Of a DNA stretch of 64,000 nt, positions 38,875 to 52,905 are shown one piece after another. The DNA comes from Octopus sinensis (lineage: Eukaryota): NCBI RefSeq assembly GCF_006345805.1, contig NC_043001.1, forward strand, positions 71,114,001 to 71,178,000, given 5' to 3'. Positions within the stretch are counted from its first letter, which is position 1, and each line of letters opens with the position of its first letter. The translations under genes and the position numbers were made by a program. Under the pieces are notes generated by a model. It was given only the letters and a program-made list of their open reading frames with translations, was not told the DNA's origin and did no database searches.

Positions 38875-39586
38875 AATGTTTAACAGTTGGAAGAAGGCAG
38901 TCTGGGACAAATGCTTCTTTTGGTTGTCTCCACACATATAGTCGGCCGGTGGTTGGAAATAAAGTAAAGGATGACTAGTCCGAGAAAATAACATTCTTCC
39001 ACTGCTCTAGTGACCGATTCTGTATGTTTTTACTCCACTCTAAACGCTTTACAACCTTTATTTTTGAAAGTAGTGTTTTTTTCTGATTGCAGCCCTCTCG
39101 AGATATCTGGCTTTGTGCAGCTCCCGGCGAACAAGTCTTGGGAAAACTGGGTTCTCGAGTTGTTCATTAAGCTCTGTATCTTTGTGTTACTTTCTAACAA
39201 TTCGCGTAAGAGTCCGACGGTCTCTAACTGAAAATTTTGATTTTCTTCCGGAGTTTTGTTTCGACGAGGAGGTTTTTCTCTCTTTCTCAAAGGTTGTCAT
39301 TACTTTTGAGACAGTACTTCTTGATACATCAAACATTTCGACTGTTTCCGTTACGCTAGCGCCTACCATAGGAGCACCAACAATTTGGCCTCTTTGAAAG
39401 TCGATCTGTAATTTTAAATACCTTTTTCTGATGATATCTGAAAAGAAAGAGCAATTTTAGCAAAACATATTAAGCAACGCTAATAATAAATCAAAATACA
39501 TAAAAATAAACAAAATTTTGACGGTTTTATATAGATATTTCAAAATTATGATGCTATGATGCTAGGTGTTTCCATTATTTTGTCTA

Positions 39587-39590
<4 letters not shown>
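38875..39590 (-). mobile_element. Tc1 transposon relic (left end, HTH, start of DDE domain)
   Basis: GQIVGA..GASVTE..FDVSRSTVSKVM...SGRK..RDRRTLTRIVRK and QWKNVIFSD*SSFTLFPTTGRLYVWRQPKEAF. TIR-like GACAAAATAATGGAAACACC near 39565-39585. Confidence 0.9.
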
Positions 39591-39642
<52 letters not shown>

Positions 39643-40014
39643 GTGTGTATGTATGTATGTATGTATATATACACACTTTCAAACATGCATGTATATATAG
39701 TTATAGCAATCTCGATTCTATAAGTAGATTTATGGCGATAGGAAGTAATGTGTTGTAGGAGGAACTGGGCTGAGAATGGGATGAACTTAAGCACAACAGA
39801 CAAAGTGCAACAAGATAAGGTCAATCAATCATAAAGAACCGGAAAATGGATATTGAAGTATATAAGAGTACACTGGTATAAATGTAAATAATTGATAAAT
39901 TCAGGAAATATATCTACTGAAATCTCTGGCATAGTAAGACATATTAATAAAACAACAGATCTCAGCTTCTTTAATATGTACGGCTGGGGTTTCGTGTATG
40001 TTTATCTATCTATT

Positions 40015-40104
<90 letters not shown>

Positions 40105-40119
40105 TGTATATATATAGAC

Positions 40120-40151
<32 letters not shown>

Positions 40152-40205
40152 ATATATATATACATACACACACACACACACACTCACACACACACACACA
40201 CCACA

Positions 40206-40271
<66 letters not shown>

Positions 40272-40352
40272 CAAGATCCAAGAATTGAGGTATTGAATCT
40301 TCCATGCGTTAACATGTACCTCCGTGTAAACTTTCATTAGATCGAGATAACC

Positions 40353-40440
40353 TTCGCCTGAAGAGTAGCCTGCGTTATACAGTACGCTTGGATATCTACC
40401 AGCTCCGACGTTCCGTTTGCTATGAAACATGTAGACCGAA
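40353..40440 (+). ncRNA. Minimal type I hammerhead ribozyme (probable 2-nt deletion in helix I)
   Basis: TTCGC-CTGAAGA (40358-40364)-GTAGC...GCTAT-GAAAC (40424-40428)-AT-GTA-GACCGAA. Helix III palindrome ACATGT; helix I would be perfect if the 5' arm were TTCGGTC. Confidence 0.7.
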
Positions 40441-40461
40441 TCTTGTCTACTCCTTAACTCT

Positions 40462-40571
<110 letters not shown>

Positions 40572-41289
40572 CATGCTTTAAATCGTTCATGGGAAACGTT
40601 TTGAATATGCATATGAAAGCTCCTAGTCTAACATACCGGCTACAGCTTAACGATGACAACTGGCGATACCAGTTTTCTGGGATCATACCGAGCTGTGCCG
40701 ATATAATGTAGAAGAAATAGTCATAATAATAATACACCTTGGATAAAATTTATTTGTTTTAATGCATCGCTACGTTCGTTTCTACAGATCACGCAATACT
40801 TAAGATCATAGACCGCAATCATGACATAATCAGAGAGCAGTCCGTAGTGTCCATGGGCATTGGGTATGCATGAACTGCACTGTAATCATGTAATAATCCC
40901 AGGATTACGGACCATGATCTTAAGAAATATTTGATTAGTGGAAACGCGTATAGTGATACGTTAAAATATATATTTATTCCATTCAAAGTTTACTACTATT
41001 ATAACTACACACTCACACACACATATGTATATATCTATCAATCTATCTGTCTATCTATCATCTGCCCGCCTCTCTCTCTTTTTCTCTCTCTCCGTTTCTC
41101 TCTCTCTCTCTCTCTCTCTCAAAATCTCACTCTCCCTATTCTTATATGTGATATATATATATATGGACATACAAACGTGTATTTATACATATACCTATGT
41201 TGCATATATACATATACATGGTGCGATGGAGAAATTGCCACGACCGTATACTTTTAGTTTCGCGCATGCGGTTTTTTTATCTTGTCGAA

Positions 41290-41996
41290 TACACAACACA
41301 GTATAGGAGGGTCAGATGGACACTGCCAAGGAGAAAAACAGCACCATAATACAATTCACTCAGCCAGAAATTTGGAAACAACATGCTGTACTGCTTGGCA
41401 TTCGCACCGGAAGATCCAAGAAGAATATTTCAGAGTGTTTTGTGAGTCAATCTGAGGATAATGCAGTCTGACAATATGTTCCGAGAATGATAAAAATCAA
41501 ACATACAGTCAACATCATGGTGTTCGGAGTGATCACTAGCGATGGCGACGTTATGCCTCCGTTCATGTTTCCACACGGCCTCAGTCTCCACATGGTGCTG
41601 TGGGAGGTAGTGCTGCCCTGGAAGACCATGTCTGGCAACCGAACTCCGCACCATGACATGCAGGCAGGAACACTTAGTCATGGCCACCTAACTCTCCGGC
41701 CTGTCACCTTCTTGACTATTATGTATGGGGCGCAGTTGGGTGAGAGACCAATAACACTTAGATTATGGCACGATTCGCCAACTTAAACAAGGAGATCATC
41801 CAGACGAGTAACAGGAGATTCCGAAGTCGTCTAGAGTCAGTGGTCTAGAGTCAGTGGTTGAAGCAAATGGTGATATAATTGAATAAATTTACAAGATATT
41901 TTTATGTAATTTTGGAAAATACATCTGTTAAAATGAGATGTCAGTGGTATTTTCATTTTCGCGTAATATAGACGACAATTCATTCACCACACCCTG
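41290..41996 (+). mobile_element. Internally deleted Tc1/mariner (maT/DD37D-like) element
   Basis: KHTVNIMVFGVITSDGDVMPPFMFPHGL and EVVLPW resemble DD37D transposases. Right end CACCACACCCTGTAT. Confidence 0.75.
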
Positions 41997-42009
41997 TATG
42001 CGTGTATAT

Positions 42010-42320
42010 ATCACCGTCACTGTAACCGACCAGGCTATCAGATGTTGCCACACATCGCTGGTCACAATGCGCTTCGCATTGTTTTAGCCTTCAAATGACG
42101 CCACCCCGCTGGCTAAGAGGGCATGCCAACAGAAGAAAGAGTGAGAGAAAGTTGTGGCGAAAGAGTACAGCAAGGATCGCAACCACTCCTTGCCGGAGCC
42201 TCGTGGAGCTTTAGGTGTTTTCGCTCAATAAACACTCACAACGCCCGGTCTGGGAATCGAAACCACGATCCTACGACCGCGAGTCCGCTGCCCTAACCAC
42301 TGGGCCATTGCGCCTCCACA
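42010..42320 (-). mobile_element. tRNA-derived SINE of a second family, well preserved
   Basis: Minus strand GGAGGCGCAATGGCCCAGTGGTTAGGGCAGCGGACTCGCGGTCGTAGGATCGTGGTTTCGATTCCCAGACC (A/B boxes) followed by a ~240-bp non-tRNA body. Confidence 0.85.
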
Positions 42321-42343
42321 TGTGTAGATATATATATATATAT

Positions 42344-42390
<47 letters not shown>

Positions 42391-42434
42391 CATACATACA
42401 TACATACATACATACATACATACATACATAGATT

Positions 42435-42480
<46 letters not shown>

Positions 42481-43420
42481 CAGACAGCTAGCTAGATAGA
42501 TACGGATGGAATGCATGCTTTAGAGTTGCCATCAAAATTCGCTGCGTATAAAAGAGACAGAAAAAATTGTCTTTTTGTATGTGCATGTGCGTATGTGTTT
42601 ATATATATATATATATAGAGAGAGAGAGGGGGGAGTAAGACAAGCAGACAGACACGACCGCTCACACTTACACATATAAAATTTTATCTTTTCTACGTTT
42701 CACTTATGGGAGTGTGGCAAGATGGAACAACGACATAGGTTTCAATCGAAATTATCCATCCCAGTACTTACTTCTAAGTTTTTATAATATTGTCCTTTGT
42801 TACCTGCACTCTACTGAAACTGTAACGTTTCACCTCTGACCCCGATGCAATAGTGACATATTACTATCATTACACTTACTTTTATTTTATTTCTATTCTT
42901 ATGTTTACTCATTTAACCCTATCTGATTTTTATTCTCCCATTTCTTCCCTCTCTCTTTATCTCTTTCTCGCTCCTCTCTCACCCATATACACTCACTCAC
43001 ACAACCCATTTATGATATCTCTATCATTACGCTTACTTTTATTTTATATTTTACTTATTTTTTTACCCATTTTTACCTTTTTACCCCTATCTTATTTTAT
43101 TATTTCCTTCTCCCTCTCTCTCCTCTCTAACCACACACAAGACCCATTTCTACTATCTTACTACTTCGCTCTATATGCACGTTTACAATATTAATAAATT
43201 ACTCAAAATACAACCACCTGGATTTAAACTAAGGAAGTTCGTTGAAGTACCGACCAACATCCATATCTTCTGGAAGTCAATGATTTGTGAACATTATTCT
43301 AACTACCTTTACTTTTTATTCTTCTATTTACACCATTATTCTTCTATTCTATTCATTATAAACTGTAGATTTTATTCCTTGTAAACTGTAAATAATCACT
43401 ATTTAAAATATCCATACCCT

Positions 43421-43495
43421 GTGTCTGATGACGGAATGGCCGGTGCTTGGACGCACTAACCTATCACTTGGGTTATCCCAGAAACGGCTGTAAGT
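43421..43495 (+). ncRNA. Degenerate minimal hammerhead within a PLE-type pseudo-LTR
   Basis: CTGATGA (43425-43431)-CGGAAT...ATCCCA-GAAAC (43481-43485)-GGCT-GTA. Helix I and II partly mismatched. Confidence 0.5.
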
Positions 43496-43509
43496 ATACA
43501 TATATATAT

Positions 43510-43756
43510 ATGACTGAAGATTGAAGGCTTCGAATGTCCCGTCCGTCTTTTTTGTATTTTGTATCGTCTTCTAAATGTTTTACGTTCTTGTCCCAGTTTG
43601 TATTTTTCTACATATAGTATATATAGCGTCATCCGTACCCTCTTTGGCCTTATGTAAGTACATATTCCTTTAAATTTGGTACGACTCTATAACACTGTCT
43701 CTCTCTCCTACATTTCTTTGCCTTTCACACTTTGCACTCTATTTTGATCTGTCTCT

Positions 43757-43802
<46 letters not shown>

Positions 43803-44490
43803 CTCCTCCTCCTTTTCTCTTTTCTTGCCTCTGATTCTATGGTCTACTCTTCCCACACTCTCTCACATTTCTCTGTCTTTCTCACTTTGCACTCACTGAT
43901 TCTGTCGCCAAGCCAATCCTTGGCACGCTCTCTTTCTTCTCCCCCCTTTAATTCCTTCTTTCTCTCCCCCCCCCCTTTGTTGCCTTCGTCACTCTTTTTC
44001 TCTCTCTCTTTGATTCCTTTGCCCCATTTTTTTTCTCTCCCTTCTCCTCTCACGTGACCGCTGGTCAACCAGCCTTTCAGCTTCTAACCAGCGCCATGAG
44101 AGGATCGTTGTCTTCGTCTGCCGAAAAAGGCATTTTTTTCCAAATACGCCAGCTAAACTAATTTGTACTGTCTATTAGTCGTAAGACATCCGCTGTTTTT
44201 GTCCTGTTTTTACTATTATTTTTTTTGTATTTTATATTCGTGTGGCATCGTCTGTTTTTCTGTCCCTGTTTCGTATACATTCGATCCTTCTTCCAAGACA
44301 TCTAATGCTCGTAGCTTAGTTTTTCCTTGGGGCTGGCCGGATCGGAGCGATCTCAAGATTAATCAGCCGAAATTGCGAGGATTATCCGGTTCTTGACTGA
44401 ATTTTTGAAGGCTTCGAATGTCCCGTCCGTGTTTTTTGTATCGTCTTCTAATGTTTTACGTTCTTGTCCCAGTTTGTATTTTTCTACATA
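43510..44490 (+). mobile_element. PLE-type pseudo-LTR fragments, partially duplicated
   Basis: TGACTGAA..TTGAAGGCTTCGAATGTCCCGTCCGT...TTTTCTACATATA at ~43510-43615 and ~44395-44490, next to the hammerhead relic at 43421. Confidence 0.5.
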
Positions 44491-44499
44491 TAATATATA

Positions 44500-44573
<74 letters not shown>

Positions 44574-44739
44574 GCATATATATATATACTCGCACACACA
44601 CTCAGATATAGTGACCTGTGAATGAACTGTCGTCTAAGTTACGCAGTGAAAATATCACTGACATCTCATTTTAACAGATATATTTACCAAAATTTCATGA
44701 AAATATGTTGAAATACTAGAATAAATTTAGACTAGCGAG

Positions 44740-44890
44740 GTGGAGGATAGCCGATAACGTTGACCCATGTCCTCAACTGGTACTTATTTTATCGACTCCA
44801 AAATGATGCGAGGCAACGTAAATCTCCCGGAATTTCCACTAAAGACGTTGAGGCAGACGAAATGACGCTCAGCATTTCATCCGGTGCACT
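44740..44890 (-). mobile_element. Degenerate SINE (family of 2789-3016)
   Basis: AACTGGTACTTATTTTATCGACTCC...GGCAGACGAAATGACGCT. Confidence 0.6.
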
Positions 44891-44905
44891 AAGGATTCTT
44901 CGAAC

Positions 44906-45050
<145 letters not shown>

Positions 45051-45051
45051 A

Positions 45052-45880
45052 ATTTCTTTATTAGCCACCAGGACCGAACAAAAAACAGAGAACGATACAC
45101 AGACGAGGGACAGTGAGGTTAAATGTGTAAACAGCCAACAAAAACGATTAAACGATTAAAAGAGTCAACAATATGCTTCCCTAACAAAAAGGGGTTCCAC
45201 CGTAAGATGACCAAAGAGACTTCACGCACTTTGGATCCTTTAACACCAACGGCTCCTCAGGAAGGCATCCTCTCCTCCTTCATTCATCCAGCCTACAAGC
45301 GCACACTTAGACTAGGCCCATTCACGTGGATCATTCTTGCCACATTTACCCACCTTTCAACGAACTTAGTGGGAAACAGTACTTCCCTCTCCAGCTTCAC
45401 TTTCCATTTCAGGTGGAACTTGAAAAAGTCAATGAGGCCTTGTCCAAAGAGGACGGTACCCGTCTTCGACCTTTTCAATCGCGTCTACCGCACAACCTGT
45501 TTTGCCATAGCCGCCAGACAGAGAAAAATTGCCGTCCCTTACCAGCCAAAGGAAGAAGGCGGGGCAACATTCACAATGGACTCGGACGATGGCCGAATCC
45601 GTCCTGCACGTGACAATACTATTGGACAAAGCTCCACAAGTCAGCAATGCGCAGACACTGTACGAGAGCATTCAGAGCGGTTTCATCGCTCTGCGTGCAT
45701 CTCGGACATGCCCAACTGACTAAACATTCGCGCTTGTAGAGCATATCTCTTAGCTATGCTAGTTCCAACTTGTCGACGCTCCTCTCGACACTCCCATCCC
45801 CTCCCACACGCACCCAATCCACAGCCGGTCATGTCCACTAGCAGTCCAATCAAACAATCTGTATTCGTACACACAACACG
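45052..45880 (-). mobile_element. 5'-truncated Tx1/L1-like LINE, diverged relative of 6264-6953
   Basis: RCEQSDETALNALVQC (CCHC relic) and GQGLIDFFKFHLKWKVKLEREVL...RWVNVARM. Terminus GTGGCTAATAAAGAAA shared with 6090. Confidence 0.8.
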
Positions 45881-46149
45881 CCCGCTCCTCTATTTAACGC
45901 CGCAGTATTATCAGTAGCAAAACCAATAACCGTTAATCTGCCATTATTTGCTACATAAATAACTCAGGGGAAACACTATTAGGACCCCTAGGCTTTATAG
46001 TAATAATATAAGTATAGGAATAATTGCGAAACTATAGCAGTGAAGAAGTAACTATTAAGATAGGTATTATAATAGAAATAGTGAAATTATAATAGTGAAC
46101 AAGTAAATAAGTACCCAGATTGATAATTACCCAGAATGATTAACAAGTG

Positions 46150-47563
46150 ACATTGTGAAACCGTTGAGTCGTCGGCGACTAAACCAGCAACCTCACTAAA
46201 CTTTCTTGGTGAGGAAGGTGGATTTTATCCCTGCGGGATTAAAAACAAAACCCAGCGAAAGGCTGAGGAAACCGGAGGAGTCAATGGTCATTCCGAAAAC
46301 AGGTAGAAAGTATTCCTGAGCTTTGGTTGGCAGTCTGTCTAGAAGAAGGAACACTCTGATTTAAAAACTGGGGTAGATAGGACTCCTTAATCACAGTGGT
46401 GAAAACCTGTCACTGTTCAACGGCTCCATACCTGAGATGAATGTGAATGAACCGCGTATTGGGACTTAACTCCGAAGCAATATTTGGATGAAGACACGGG
46501 ACTAACTGATACTCTCCTGTCTCCTAGTGAGAATCACGATCATGATCCCTAACATACAGAAATGCGAAGGGAATAGGACAGTAAGAGCTCTGCAGTCTTG
46601 GTTGACAATCTTACTAGAGATGGTGTCTCGATAAAAATACCGGTTTGTGGCTAACCTTAAAACACATACCTCAATGCTGAGTGAAAATGTCTCATACAAA
46701 TGTATCAAATAATGGTGTTAATGTGGTTGGAACTAAAGGTGAATGCTTTTCGCCCAGCAGGTGGCTTGTAGTCGAGCAGCGCAGGTCTGATCGTCCAGAG
46801 ACTGCTTGTACACAAAGCCAGAGGCATAGAAGTGAGATAATGATGCAAACCGAACGGTAATTGAATGCTGGATCAGGAGTGAACCCGACAGAAGGGGATT
46901 CCGACGACTGAAAAAGCAAAACTGAATGCGATAGGACTCTTCGAAACATTTGAGCAATGTTCAGCCGACCAGGTAGGAGCAATAAGAGCGAAAAGGTGGT
47001 TAACAGACATGGAGATAGAAGAGATTAAAAAGGAAAGTAGAAGATAGAAATAATACTTCACCAACAGATAATGTTAACTGTGAGAAGAGAAAAATGAAAG
47101 GCGGCAGTGAAGACGTGGAGCAAAGTGTAAATATAAGTGCATTCTCAGCCAACGAAGCAGAAGTATTGGGAAGAGCTACATCATAAATATGCGATATATT
47201 AGAGAAGACCAGTATCAATACATTGGTCGAGACCGAAAAGATAGATTAGGTACTTGGGATATACCAGACGGGAAATATAACTGAAACTAACACGATTATT
47301 TGGGCTGCAGCTATGGTTGCTGCGGATAGATTTGGATACAAAAGAAAAGAACAAGCAGAACATCAAGAACCATACTGGCGTAGACGAATTTGTGAGAAAC
47401 AAAGTTAAAAAGACATTCAGAACAAGGTAATAGGTTGCGAAGAGAGGAATTGCGGAAGGAAAATATAAGAATAATACTGCAAAGAACATATAGAATAAGA
47501 GATAAAGGTTATGATGTGATATTGGAAGAACTGAAACAAAGCATAGTAGCAATCAAAACAAAT

Positions 47564-47654
<91 letters not shown>

Positions 47655-47945
47655 CAACTCTCTTGAATATGAAATAGCTCGGCCCTATAAAATGAAGAAT
47701 GCGAAGATAGTGTCAATTATTGTTAGGTCCTTAGAAATAATATCAGAAGGCACCATGGGAAACAAATGTATTGAGTGTCCAGTAGAACTGGTACAAAAGT
47801 TTTGCTTCCTTGGCACATCCAGAATAATCAAGAAAGTATTAGATAGCTGAAAAGAACAAATAGCATGATACCGTAGGCTGCAGGTAGCAAGCCCGCTACG
47901 CATGCACGACTCAAGGAGTTCCAACAAAACCTGTGATAAAAAGAT
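46150..47945 (+). mobile_element. R4/Dong-like RLE LINE with large internal deletion (5' UTR, N-terminus, extreme C-terminus, 3' UTR)
   Basis: N-terminal VIECWIRSEPDRRGFR, DQVGAIRAKRWLTDMEIEEIKRK and RIRDKGYDVILEELKQ, then after a (GATA)n tract KIVSII...ELVQKFCFLGTSRIIKKVLDS* (stop 47848-47850). No RT in between. 5' boundary approximate. Confidence 0.75.
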
Positions 47946-47948
47946 AAT

Positions 47949-48262
<314 letters not shown>

Positions 48263-48879
48263 CACTAGGCTTCTACAACCATTATAGACAAAGCTGGATA
48301 GCATTATGTTTGCGACACTGTGTGATTTTAATGACGACTAAGAACTTCAACACATTCAGTAGTTTCATTAACTATCGATACGTCCCGATGGGTTAATTCA
48401 CTCACATGTGCATTCATTTTGCTTCTGAATCAATAAAATACAGTATTCGGATCCTGCATTGCAAGATTCGCTCCAATTTGTATGAGTGAATATCTCAGAA
48501 ATATTGCTATTTTCACATCAGAATGATATTTAGACAAAAGAACCAACATTTACTGATGCATATGGAATTTTTAAAAAAACTAACAAACTTATTTGCATGC
48601 AATAATCAACGCATTTTAGTAAGGAGTTATAAATGTCTATACAGATTTCAGTTAATGAAAAACAGATTCATGCATTTGATGACTTTTATTTAATAATGTT
48701 GAACGATTTAGCAATAAACGTATTAAATCTTGAGGCATACATCTCACTAGAAGTGCTTCAGGATGAAGAAAGCAGTGGATACTTTCAATATTTGGATTTT
48801 TCTATTTCATATTTGTATCATATCAGAACCATAAATTTTCACTACCATAACTACAGCTCTAACCGTGTAAATACTTGAG

Positions 48880-49080
48880 CATAGTTTCCATTAAATTTCA
48901 TCTTTCATGGCCGAATAAATTAAATTAAATATTGCTTCCCCTGTAGCATGATTCTGTAATGTCTGGCAAATTAATAAATTTTCATCAATGCTATCATCAC
49001 AAATATAGCGTACAAACAGAAGGAAAATTGCTACCTCTGTTGATTCGTCTTCTTCATGAGAGGATGTTAAGTTCACTTTA
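48880..49080 (-). pseudogene. hAT (Buster/Charlie group) transposase fragment
   Basis: DESTEVAIFLLFVRYI...ENLLICQTL..HATGEAIFNLI. Confidence 0.8.
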
Positions 49081-50874
49081 GTTCATCTTATTAGTACAGT
49101 TTCATAAATTAAATTTATGCTTCATGAATATGACTTTAAACCGAGTCATTAGAAAATACACAGGCAGAATTGTTAGAAAGTCCCATTCTGGTACAACGCC
49201 AGCTTCTTTATGTCCAGAGTTCAAATCGCCCTAATTATCAGCACTTGCCTTCCATCCGATCTCGATAAAACAAATATCAATTATAAGTTACAGTTGATAT
49301 TTTGATATTATCGTCCAGTTTATTCCTTAAAATTTGACGTATTTTTATGTAAGAAACCATTAACTTTGAAGTAAATTTTATTTATAATGCATGCCACCAA
49401 ATCTTTTCTACAGCCATATGTTTCTACAACTCGAATACCGATGCGACGTAAAACAAATAAAACATTTTTTTTATTTGAAACAAAATACAAAAATGTAGTT
49501 GTTCTTTGATTGAAATCACGAAATTTCCGTTGCAAAGGTTCTTCATGTGCATATTTTCACAATTGGTGTCGCTAATTTTAGCTACTTTTCTCTAAAACCT
49601 TTCCCCATTCCATTCAGTCCTCTCGATTTAGTCGTATCACCAGACCTAGTGAAAGCATAAGCAATAAACTTTCATCACATTTTCTTTTCTTATTTTTAAT
49701 GTTTTCATCTTGTTTTAATAATCATTTTAAACAAAAAGCTGTTGTAAGCCTAACCCGAGTAATACATCTTACTTTACGTTATTAAGATTCTCTTAAAGGC
49801 ATTTACCTTATTGATTTAGAACCATTTATCCATTTCGGATGTAGAGTGTGTTGTATTGATTTTAGAATATCATAATTGCCCAAAACATTTATCTTCAGCG
49901 TGCTTGCCTAAAAAATGTCACCGAACTATTTCATACCAACAGTGTGCACTATTTGTAGCAACCAATTCACATTTATTGTTGCCTAAGCTAGAAGTGATAG
50001 AAAATTGACGCTCAATATTAACTTGAGTTGCCAAATTTTACCACTTCAGTAGAATATATTCAGAATTAATAGTCTTACATCAGAAATAAGTAGTTATTAT
50101 TCAAGCAGATGGTTCTCTGAAAATCCTACGTTGCTTTGTGTGAAGTCTATATGTGTACATGTGTATATGTTTGTTTTGTGCGTTTCCATATAAGTCTATA
50201 TATCACAGCCACATTAATTTCTTCACTTGCACATGAAAATGATCATGTATGTATGTATGTATATATGTATGTATTTATGTATGTATGTATGTATGTATGT
50301 ATGTATGTATGTATGCATGCATGTATGTGAGTGTATGCGGGAGAGAACTGGCCGACCAGTAGATGTGTGTAAAACACAAGATATGACAATGGTGAAATGT
50401 AAGAAGAAATGAGAAAGTCAAAAAGAGGCAGTGAATTAATCGGATTTAGTAAGGTATATACAACGTCTACGTGTGTGCACATATTGCATTTATTTAAATG
50501 AAAAATTAGCAAATTACGAAAAGAGATAGTCTCTACATTATGCATATTCTGAAAAGACATTTGAGCTATTAACATGAAGAATGATTCATTAATTATATAT
50601 TAAGTGGTAAAAAACGCACATATGCCTTGCCATATGTATAAAACAAATTATTGACCTCCAGTAAAATCTCTCGCTTTGATTAATTACAAATAAGAATGTA
50701 TATATTTATTGCGGTATAGAATTTATGCAATTCTGCATAAAGTGTGATTTACTTAACGGCATTCAGCGGTAAATCTTGCACTACAACCAACTCGTTACGA
50801 ATATCTCAAACATGACTTCAGGAGTAAAGAGATCTTGTTATAAATAGAGAGAGAGAGAGAGAGAGAGAGTTTGG

Positions 50875-50952
<78 letters not shown>

Positions 50953-51771
50953 CATACATACATAGATGCATAGATAGAATTAGAGAGAAATACATATATA
51001 TATGCTCACACACACACTTATATATACATAGGCATATGCATACATACATACAAATATTATCAATATCATACATAATGCTGTGTCCTGTTGAATTCTAGTC
51101 GTTAGGGTATTCCGTCTGGGAGAAATCCGTTTGGAGACATATATGCTAATCGAAACTAAACCGTCTAGGAAGTGAATGAGAACTACAGATATCGATATTT
51201 CGTAGTTTTAGCTACACACCGGTGGCGTATACATGCTCCACTTCTTAAACGAAATCGAAACATATACAAATAGTGTAAATTCTATTTGCTCATTCGCAAT
51301 AGCGCCACTGAAGTGCAGCAACAGACATACATTATGTAAGTGGCATTGATAACTTTTACATCATTGGGCTGCTTCTAATACAGAATTTTATTCTACTTCT
51401 GCAGTGCTACTTCACCTCAGTATATAGATATATCACTATTTGTATATACTTCTAGATTGTGATTTCGATTTCGTTTCGGAAGTGAGGCGAGTATACGGAA
51501 AGAATGAGCCGCAAAATCTGTGAAATATTAATATTTGTCGTTCTCGTTCACATCCGAGACGGTTTTATTTCGCTTAAATTAGAAGTTTATTGTACTTCTT
51601 CACACTATACGTCTCTAGCAATATCTCTTCCAGACGAAACAGAGCAGCTACACGTGTTCATCGACATTTCTACAAAATAGTAATAAAGCTTTTCAGCACT
51701 GAGCTGCTTCTCACATGAAATTTGAATTTTATATATAGATGTGTGTGTGTGTGTGTGGTGTGTGTGTGTGT

Positions 51772-51807
<36 letters not shown>

Positions 51808-52127
51808 TTGTGTGTATGTGTGTGTGCGTAAATAATATTGTAAGCCTTCACTGTATATTGACTATAGAAAATAGTCTAATATGGCATTCAATCCCCACCA
51901 ATAACGGAAAGAAATGTGCATTTGTACGCGTGGGAATCGAACCTATATCTCTTATTTTTGGTTTGGTATTATTCCCATGCGTACTTATGTCAATTTTCTC
52001 GGAAAAGGGTTTTATAGCCCTAATACTAGACGATTTTCGTAAGTCAATATACGGTGAAGGCTTTTAATTCTATGTAACAAATTTCAATCGCCACCGTTTC
52101 CTAATTCCCGCAGAAATCGCACATGAG

Positions 52128-52204
<77 letters not shown>

Positions 52205-52437
52205 TGTGTGTGTGTGTACTTCTATGACTATCGCTCTTAAGCGACTCGTATGATTCCGTAGCAGGGTGAGATATGTTTCTTGTTTGTGGATGTAGTAAAG
52301 GAATTTCATCAAAATTATTTCAATCGTCGGCTTTATCGTAGACGGAATGGCTTGGCATACCCCTAAACACATTTGTTGCAGAAAAAGTTGTCTTTAAGCT
52401 TTTCTCTCTTTTTATTTACTTTCTTTCGGATTAGTCC

Positions 52438-52479
<42 letters not shown>

Positions 52480-52716
52480 ATATTATATATATATATAACA
52501 TTTTAATTTAGCATAGCGAAAATAGCATCTCATCAAATCAGAAGAGTCCTGTTGTGGGAAGTTAGACGCTTGCTGCTGTGTATATATTCGTGTGTTAGAT
52601 GTAAGAATTTTCTAACATTGATTTTGTATTTTGATATATAAAAACAGCTGAGATTAAAATTCAAAACTTCTCTCAGAAATAAAGCTGTTATATAAAATAT
52701 CACAGATAGATATATA

Positions 52717-52905
52717 TTTCTACTCTAGACACACGGCCCGGAATTTTGGGGAAGGGGGCCAGTCGATTTGATCGACCCCAGTACGCAAGTGGCACTTAAA
52801 TTTTCGACCCCGAAAGGATGAAAAGCAAACTCGACCTTTCAGATTTTGAACTCAGAATGTAAATACAGACGGCATGCTAACGGTTCTATCAGCTCGCCGC
52901 CTTAT
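52717..52905 (-). mobile_element. tRNA-derived SINE (family of 2789-3016) with a third type of 3' tail
   Basis: Body GATCGACCCCAGTACGC...TCGACCCCGAAAGGATGAAAAGC...TTTGAACTCAGAA. Tail reads GGCCCCCTTCCCCAAAATTCCGGGCCGTGTGTCTAGAGTAGAAA on the minus strand. Confidence 0.75.

Noticed and set aside
42245-42320. tRNA-like sequence (also at ~2940-3016 and ~12975-13045)
   Set aside because: A/B boxes are present but there is no proper cloverleaf and it is fused to SINE bodies; these are SINE heads, not tRNA genes.
45123-45719. 198-aa plus-strand ORF
   Set aside because: Antisense shadow of the Tx1-like LINE on the minus strand.
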